A DNA stretch of 64,000 bases, taken from contig CATNEN010000041.1 in assembly GCA_950097015.1 (NCBI GenBank), positions 992,001 through 1,056,000 on the forward strand, in the 5' to 3' direction. This document shows, one piece after another, positions 56,756 to 64,000 of the stretch (within the stretch, counting starts at the first letter, position 1; each line of letters begins with the position of its first letter). The notes beneath the pieces are model-generated. The model saw only the letters and a list, made by a program, of their open reading frames with translations, ran no database searches and had not been told where the DNA came from. The position numbers and the translations under genes were made by a program. Source of the stretch: Macrostomum hystrix. Lineage: Eukaryota; Animalia; Platyhelminthes.

Positions 56756-58630
56756 CTGGAGTTGCGTTCCATGCGACTTTTGTGAGACGGTGAGATCATT
56801 TGAATTTGTATGAATGAATGAATGCTCAATCACTTATTAGGTTTCTAACATATATTAGGCTGACAATGAGAGCAGATGTACACACCTGTGTGAGCATGTG
56901 CCTGCATACAGTATCTGTGTGTGTTTATGTGTGTTGTTGTGTCTGTGTGCTCAGGAGCCAGTGAAATGGGCAGAATTGCCTCCTTGTTGGCTGTGTGTCT
57001 AGTGACACCAAATGTTGTGCAATTTCCCACAGCCCTCATGCAAATATTATTTTTTACAACACTTCTTGAAAACAGGTGATTATAGTTCATTTAGCAAAAA
57101 GTTATTGTCTAACTAATAGTTTAGTACAACAGAGCCTATACTCTGCTTACTTAATTTTATCTCCTCTAGCCCTTTTGATATGCTGTGGCTACCCACTGTC
57201 TACCCAGTCCTCAGTTTAATTAGCATTTAAAATATATAATGTTGAATAATTTTTCTGGGGCTATCTAGTAGCCAAAATGACTTGCTGTTGGCCAATAGGT
57301 AGTGTTACAACATACTAATGTTAAAACAGTGGTTACAATAATTTATTGGGTCTTCGCTTCACTTAAATACAATTTATTGCATTCATATTACATAAACTAC
57401 ATTATGGCCTTATTTTATAGTTCTGGTAAAGATTACTTATAATTCACCAGAATAAGCCATACTAAAATATTATTTGATATATTAAAGTTGAGTACTTAAA
57501 AATTACCAATTCTATAGAACTCTTTTTGAATATAGTCTTTGGGTGACTATTTGCTAAGTGATTTAAATTGTTTCATTTTTGTTAAGTTGCTAATCAATGC
57601 AAGTCATTAGCTATACTATAGTACTAATCTATATAGTCTATAGCCCAAGAGCTAAAATATCAGTTGGCAGATCTAGGAAATCTAAATTATAAAACCAATT
57701 ATTTTACTATTTTAATTAAATCTAGGTCAAAGCCTCTAAATATGCCTTATGCTAAATTTAATAATACAAATCTGTTTCAAATTTATTCAAATATTGGATT
57801 CCAAACTGATTTCTAAACATAAATACATAGTTTAGTTGCATACAAAAATTAAGGTTGATTTGATGATTGCTCAAGCCAGCTTATCTCCATGAATCTGCCA
57901 TAGAACAGCTTAAAAATCTAGGCAAGAAAAGAAATATACCAACGAACTAGACATAGTATATTGCAAAAAACAATTAAATATTAAATATGATTGCATATAG
58001 GATTATGAAACTTTTTAATAGTTGATTAATTTGCTAATCTGCAAAAATAGTATTTTAGGGCTATCATCTTATATTGGTGCAACACCTAATTTTAACTCAG
58101 TATTCTAGTCTCACTCGTATATTCTATTAGCCCCATGAAAAATTCAGCTATCCTGTATAGGTTCTTATTGAATATTGATGCTATATTTAGCATCCATCGA
58201 CTGAACTTAGACTGGTATGAAGAAAAAAAATTCATAAAAAACTACATCAGTACCTTAAAATTTACTGCAGTGAAAATGTAAATTTTATCAGCCACAGTCC
58301 GCGCTAGTAAAATAACTAATAAAAGCAAGAATGAGATTATATGCAGTCACGATTTAGGCGACGAAGTTGTGAGGCATGGTCAACTGCAATAAGTTTTAGC
58401 GTATCAGTCAATATTTCAAATTTTTCGCTGCTAACATCAATTCCTTTTCTCCCTTTTAACAAAATTTCTCGCAAAATGTACGGCACATAATAATTTAGAA
58501 GAAGATCGTGACAAATTAAAAAACTTTGATTATTTCATTTATATTGCATACTTGAGCTTCTTGTAATTTTGATACTTAAAGAGTTAGTTGGTATTTTCAA
58601 TATCGCATAACTGCGAGATTTTTTGCGTAC

Positions 58631-61600
58631 ATGGACTCAGACGAGGAAAGGCAAGGGACTGTAAGTGCTCACGCCTGACAACCCTTGAAATTATTAGTTT
58701 TTTTTACATATTTTTTACTTTCTTTAAATTCCTTTTATTTTACGAGACATAAGCATTATCCTCTAGCGCTCACTTCTTTCAGCGGGTCTAATTGCACAAA
58801 GTGATCAGCATAGTTTTTTATGTTGCTTGCAATACGCAGAGTTCAGTTTTAAGCAAAAATAGTTTATAACAGAACATCTGGATGGAGGACTCACAGGCAA
58901 GAATTTTGTTCTCAATTTATGTTTTAGCTTTTGTTAAAGGACTTTTGGCTTGTCGACAATTTTTTATACCTTTTACAAAAGCGTTATATAAACTTCCAAA
59001 TTACCGTAAGAAAGATTATTATGCAATACAAAATTAAGACTATTCTTGGTTTGCTTATTAGATTCTAAATTATAACGTTCAAATTTTGTTTAAAAAAGAT
59101 TTGTGCTTTTCCGTGCTTTGTTACAAAGAGACTTGAAAATTTCAATGTATCTTTTTGTCATTTGCCAGAACAAGTCCATTTTCCACAATCAGCCATTTGA
59201 TGAATCACTTCAAGTGTCTGACCCAGAGGACGTAGAGAGTAATTATGAGCCAACTCCACGCATAGGAGGAGGTGAGGATTGTGGCTTTCAGATCGCGTCC
59301 AGATACGAACGCGTACGGCGTATTTCAGTACATCGCGAACTACCTTCTGACAATGTCAGAAACTGCAAGAAAGTTTTTAACAACAATAGCTGTGCAATAC
59401 TTATCTCGATCTGAATCTCCGCTTTAGAAAAATAATTCTATTAAAAAATAATATCAATATAGTCCAGAATTGCGTTGCCTAACACCGTGTTCTGATTGCT
59501 TGCTGACATTCATCTAGGCGCTTTGCAGTGCCAAAAAGTGATCAAAGTTTTTCTAATCTACTTATTTTAGCTTTCATAGACACGCACAGCTAATTTCTGC
59601 TCGCCGCAAAATCCATTCCGAATTCGCGCAGGAAAACCTTCACAGTAACAAACCCTACGACGAGTCTATTGACATTCCCGACACTGAGGACATAACCACA
59701 CCTAGAGTGCCATCGTTCCGTAAGAATTTACTAACTAGCTAATAACTTATTTTCCTTCTTCCCACGTCACAGTCTGTCGAATCTCGCTACTCAATCCTCA
59801 GTTACCAGTAGTATATTGAGAACATACTGAACACACAATCCTCTTTTTATTGCATTGGTTGCTCGATGCCTAAATGAATGAAATTTGCGTACAAGCTCGA
59901 TAGCTGTGACTCTCACACATAAACAAAGCGTGCACCAATAGTATTTCTTCTCTTGCACCTCTGCAGCTCTATTAGCGAAATTAATTCTGTTTGCTTGCGC
60001 TTATCAAATAAATAATCTATGTGTGACTGCCTGTGTTGCACTTAATCATCTCCAGCTGCAATCTCTGTTCACTAATTGCTTTGCTCCGCCACCTGCTATT
60101 CCCATCCGGTCCTCCCCAACCCGGATTCCCATGCGAATGAGCAGCTACTCAATGTGCTCAAAAAGACGGACAAAGCGCCTCGCCTACTCATCGCAGACCC
60201 TCGCAAAACCGTAATTAGAGCCTCGGGAGCAGCTTAGGAACAGTCTTTCTATCATTTCTTCCCCTGTATTCAATCTCCCCTCGCCTCGGACTCGCATCCC
60301 CACAAACCCGCAAGTCCCAAATCTTTCCAATCTTCCGTTCCCAGTCCCCGCCGAACCCCTAATGAGCACCTGCCGTCCCTATGCACCTGAGGAAAACTGC
60401 GATCAGGGGGGGGAGTTTGGGCCGACAAGGAAATAAGAGAGGATCCGAGCGAGCCTCCGAGTTGGCAGCGATTCCACAATATCCCACTGGACAATGTCCA
60501 GTCCGAAAGAGCAGCCTCACTTGTGGTTTGGCGGCTCCACCAGGCCTGTCCCGGAGAATTTCCCAGCGGAGGAGGCGGCCAAACTGTCCCGGCCCCGCCC
60601 ACCGGCTCGGCTGAAAATTCTCGCCTCAAAAAAATCGCTACGTGAATCCACAGGACCGGGTCGAACCCCAGACAGCAGGCAGCAGCAGCAGCAGCAGCAG
60701 CATCTCAGGCCGGGCTCGGAGGAGAGCGGAAGCGGAAGAGCTCAGAGAATGGTGAGCGATTTGACAGCTTGGTTTGCAGATTCATCTAAAATTCAGCTCG
60801 GGGCTTCAATTGTGCTTAAAAATCGCTGTTTTCAACTCTTCAATGCAAAAAATGCAACTTTAGCAGCAGCAGCCGCCGCCGCCACGTGGCGCCGCGCCGG
60901 CCCACTCGCCAACCGAGGAGGACGACGACGAAGAGACTGGCACGGAGAGCGGCGAGGAGTCCGAGGACGACGATGAGACCCAGCCGATTGAGGGCGCCTA
61001 CAACCCGGAGGATTATCGCGACGTCAGCGCCAACCACCCGGACTTTGCCGAGCTGTTCGACTACATCAAACGCTACACGCCACAGCACATCGAGCTGGAC
61101 CACCGGCTGAAGCCTTTCATCCCGGACTTCATTCCAGCCGTCGGCGACATTGACGCGTTCATCAAGGTGCCGCGGCCGGACTCGAAGCCTGACCAGCTCG
61201 GATTGCGCATGCTGGACGAGCCCTGCGCCAACCAGTCCGACCCCACCGTGCTGGACCTGCAGTTGCGGGCTGTAGGAAAACTGCTGGTGTCCAAGAAGAC
61301 GCAGGTGTCCCGGGTGGAGAATGCCGAACGGAACCCCCACGCCATCGAGAAGTGGATCTCGAGCATCTCGGAGCTGCACAAGCACAAGCAGCCGCCAACT
61401 GTGAACTACTCGAAGCCGATGCCCGACATCGAGCAGCTGATGAGCGAGTGGCCGCCGGAGATTGAGGAGCTGCTCAAGGAGGTCGGCCTGCCCACCGCTG
61501 ATCTAGAGTGCGACCTGCCAGTGTTCTGCGATGTTGTCTGCGGTGAGGCCATTCTGAAAATTGTCTAGAAATATTTAGCCTTGCACACAGCGGTGCATTG

Positions 61601-62204
61601 CTTTGAATAGGCTCAATTTAACCTCTTGTATGCCTTCAAGGTGGATATTCTGAGTTGTGATATGTGACTTGCGCCTTGAAGGCGAGGCGTAAAACCTTAT
61701 AGCTTCTCGCGCGAGAGAGTGTCCTACAAAGACTTTCGGGGAGGGGGTATTCGTAGTGTGCTACAAAGACTTCAATCGGGGAGGGTGTGGTGTGCTACAA
61801 AGACTTCAATCGGGGAGGGTGTGGTGTGCTACAAAGACTTCAATCGGGGAGGGTGTGGTTTGCTACAAAGACTTCAATCGGAGAGGGTGTGGTGTGCTAC
61901 AAAGACTTCAATCGGGGAGGGTGTGGTGTGCTACAAAGACTTCAATCGGGGAGGGTGTGGTGTGCTACAAAGACTCAAATCAGATACAGCTAGAGAAACT
62001 CCACAACGTGCCTCTCCAGGTCTGCTAGACATCCCAGTCTACAAGAGCCGAGTGCAGTCGTTGCACGTGCTGTTCACGCTGTACTCGACCTTCGCGAACT
62101 CGCAGCACTTTCGCAGCCTGGCCGAAGGCAACAAGCTGGACAACCGGCTGAAGCAGGACCAGCAGCAGCAGCGGGAGAACTCAGACTATGACGGATTTAA
62201 CTGA
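58631..62204 (+). CDS. IFT46: Intraflagellar transport protein 46 (IFT-B core), at least 5 exons, ~364 aa
   Basis: Exons 58631-58660 (MDSDEERQGT), 59169-59271 (HNQPFDESLQV), 60654-60751, 60864-61542, 62020-62204, in phase. Core motifs EGAYNPEDY, LFDYIKRYTP, LKPFIPDFIPAVGDIDAFIKVPRPD, LDEPCANQSDPTVLDLQLR, WISSISELH, LLDIPV..SLHVLFTLY. The three 5' exons are less certain than the last two. Confidence 0.9.
59632..59719 (+). CDS. IFT46: Candidate alternative IFT46 exon (ENLHSNKPYDESIDIPDTEDITTPRVPSF), paralogous to exon 59169-59271
   Basis: AG at 59630-59631 and consensus donor GTAAGA at 59720; 88 nt, phase 0 to 1; repeats the NxPxDES..D.ED motif. Confidence 0.6.
61715..61975. repeat. 34-bp minisatellite (GTGCTACAAAGACTTCAATCGGGGAGGGTGTGGT) in the last IFT46 intron
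   Basis: About 7 copies read directly. Confidence 0.93.
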
Positions 62205-62944
62205 GCGCACTTGGTGCAAAGCAAAGCAAAGGGACCGATTTTGCCTTTGCCTGGTTTACTTCTATTACTGTTCTGTCATTTCCTTTCCTCAGCAGAAAAC
62301 TGGGAACTAAAATTGACACTAAATTCAATTTCGTGTCACAATTTACTTCTTGAATATATATTAATAATTATGACAGCAAGGTCATGAAAACTGCAAGTTG
62401 ACTTACAGGCGCAAAATACGGATTGTCTTGCTTGGTTAACTTTTTGTTTTATTGAACTCGAAATTAAAATAATTTATTTGTGACAGGTTATAAAATCAAG
62501 ATTAAAATTAGAGGCTAAAGGAAGAAATTTCTAAAAAATGAAAATAAATGCTGATGAGAATTGCGTAAATTTTAATTATTATATTGCTACTTAAAGTAGT
62601 GCAACCAGAAGATGGACTTTCACTATAAAAATTATGCTTTTCAAAAGCGTAGAGGTAAAGTGTTGAGGCAGTTGAACTGGTTCGGCATTCTCACAGCCGG
62701 TAATCGGAGAGCCTGCAGGATACTCGGAAATGAAACCCTGCCGGACACTTTCGGGACTTCACTCGGGAAGAAACTGGCTGGGAATTCGCACCTAAGGCTT
62801 CCAAACCGGTTCTGTTATGCCAATGAAAGCAGCGGGCTCGCTTTCGGATGCAAAGCTAGCGGAGAACTTTTCTGCAGCGAGTAACACTTTAGAAATTTTG
62901 TCATGGGCCGTTACTTTTGGTAATAAGCTGCTACTTTTGGTCAA

Positions 62945-63315
62945 AGGATGCACGTTTTGGTCATAAGCTGTAAGCTTTGGTCACGGGCTGTAAGCTTTGG
63001 TCACGGGCTGTAAGCTTTGGTCATAAGATGTAAGCTTTGGTCATAAGCTGTAAGCTTTGGTCATAAGATATAAGCTTTGGTCACGGGCTGTAAGCTTTGG
63101 TCATAAGCTGTAAGCTTTGGTCATAAGATATAAGCTTTGGTCACGGGCTGTAAGCTTTGGTCATAAGATGTAAGCTTTGGTCATAAGCTGTAAGCTTTGG
63201 TCACGGGCTGTAAGCTTTGGTCATAAGATGTAAGCTTTGGTCATAAGCTGTAAGCTTTGGTCATAAGCTGTAAGCTTTGGTCATAAGATGTAAGCTTTGG
63301 TCACGGACTGTAAGC
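62945..63315. repeat. 20-bp minisatellite (GTAAGCTTTGGTCATAAGCT, variant ..CACGGGCT)
   Basis: About 18 copies read directly. Confidence 0.93.
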
Positions 63316-63704
63316 TCGAATCGACCTTTGCATCCCAGTTTTGTGTCTGAATTGGTCCCACTGAAAGGCCCCACGCCACGCTGCACAACAAGCGGCCCGT
63401 TTAAATCAAGCGACAATGCCAATAAATCGAAGCAGAATCCGCGCGGGGGGACTTCCTTGAGTGGCCAGTTGATTTACTCGGCAGAATTCACTTCCCTAGT
63501 CCTGCGCTCCCCAATCAACACTGGGTTGTCATAGACATGAGACAGAGACATGGGATTCCGGCTAGGTGAGTTGATGTGTTCTCAACTCATGTGTTCTGAA
63601 CAAATCTACTAAATTTCTACTGATTCTATACTCGTACATGTCTATTTAGCTGAAGTGTCTGTCATCCTGTTCACACGATAATCCTTCGTATGTACTAAAA
63701 CTAA

Positions 63705-64000
63705 TATAATCCAATCAGATAGTCTATCAGATAATCTACTAGATAATCCAATCAGATAATCTACTAGATAATCGAATCAGATAATCTACTAGATAATCCA
63801 ATCAGATAATCTACTAGATAATCCAATCAGATAATCCACTAGATAATCCAATCAGATAATCTACTAGATAATCCAATCAGATAATCTACTAGATAATCCA
63901 ATCAGATAGTCTATCAGATAATCTACTAGATAATCCAATCAGATTGTCTATCAGATAATCTACTAGATAATCCAATCAGATTGTCTATCAGATAATCTAC
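63705..64000. repeat. 25-bp minisatellite (AGATAATCTACTAGATAATCCAATC), running off the window end
   Basis: Tandem copies read directly. Confidence 0.92.

Overview
Eukaryotic (intron-containing, invertebrate-type) genomic window, not prokaryotic. GC-rich exons, short AT-rich introns and about 20 unrelated minisatellite arrays resemble a free-living flatworm such as Macrostomum; this is an inference from sequence style only. Nine protein-coding genes were reconstructed by hand with splice sites and consistent reading phases: RNF32-like (+), mitoguardin MIGA (+), a ~4,339-aa 25-exon gel-forming mucin/hemocytin-like gene (-), an intronless ~8-TM membrane protein (+), an ankyrin-repeat protein (-), a CREB3-family membrane-bound bZIP (-), CutC (+), a ZAK-alpha/MAP3K20-like kinase (-) and IFT46 (+). 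Best leads: (1) two paralogous NxPxDES-motif exons in IFT46 with identical 0-to-1 phases that look mutually exclusive; (2) a mucin core of nine phase-symmetric cassette exons with homogenised CysD copies, a GC-AG intron and micro-exons; (3) a tandem CD20/MS4A-like 8-TM orphan; (4) a putative YEATS-like sensor domain in the ZAK orthologue; (5) operon-like gene pairs with splice acceptors just upstream of the ATG (possible SL trans-splicing); (6) minisatellites carrying decoy splice donors or E-box arrays. No database searches were possible, so family assignments rest on recalled motifs.
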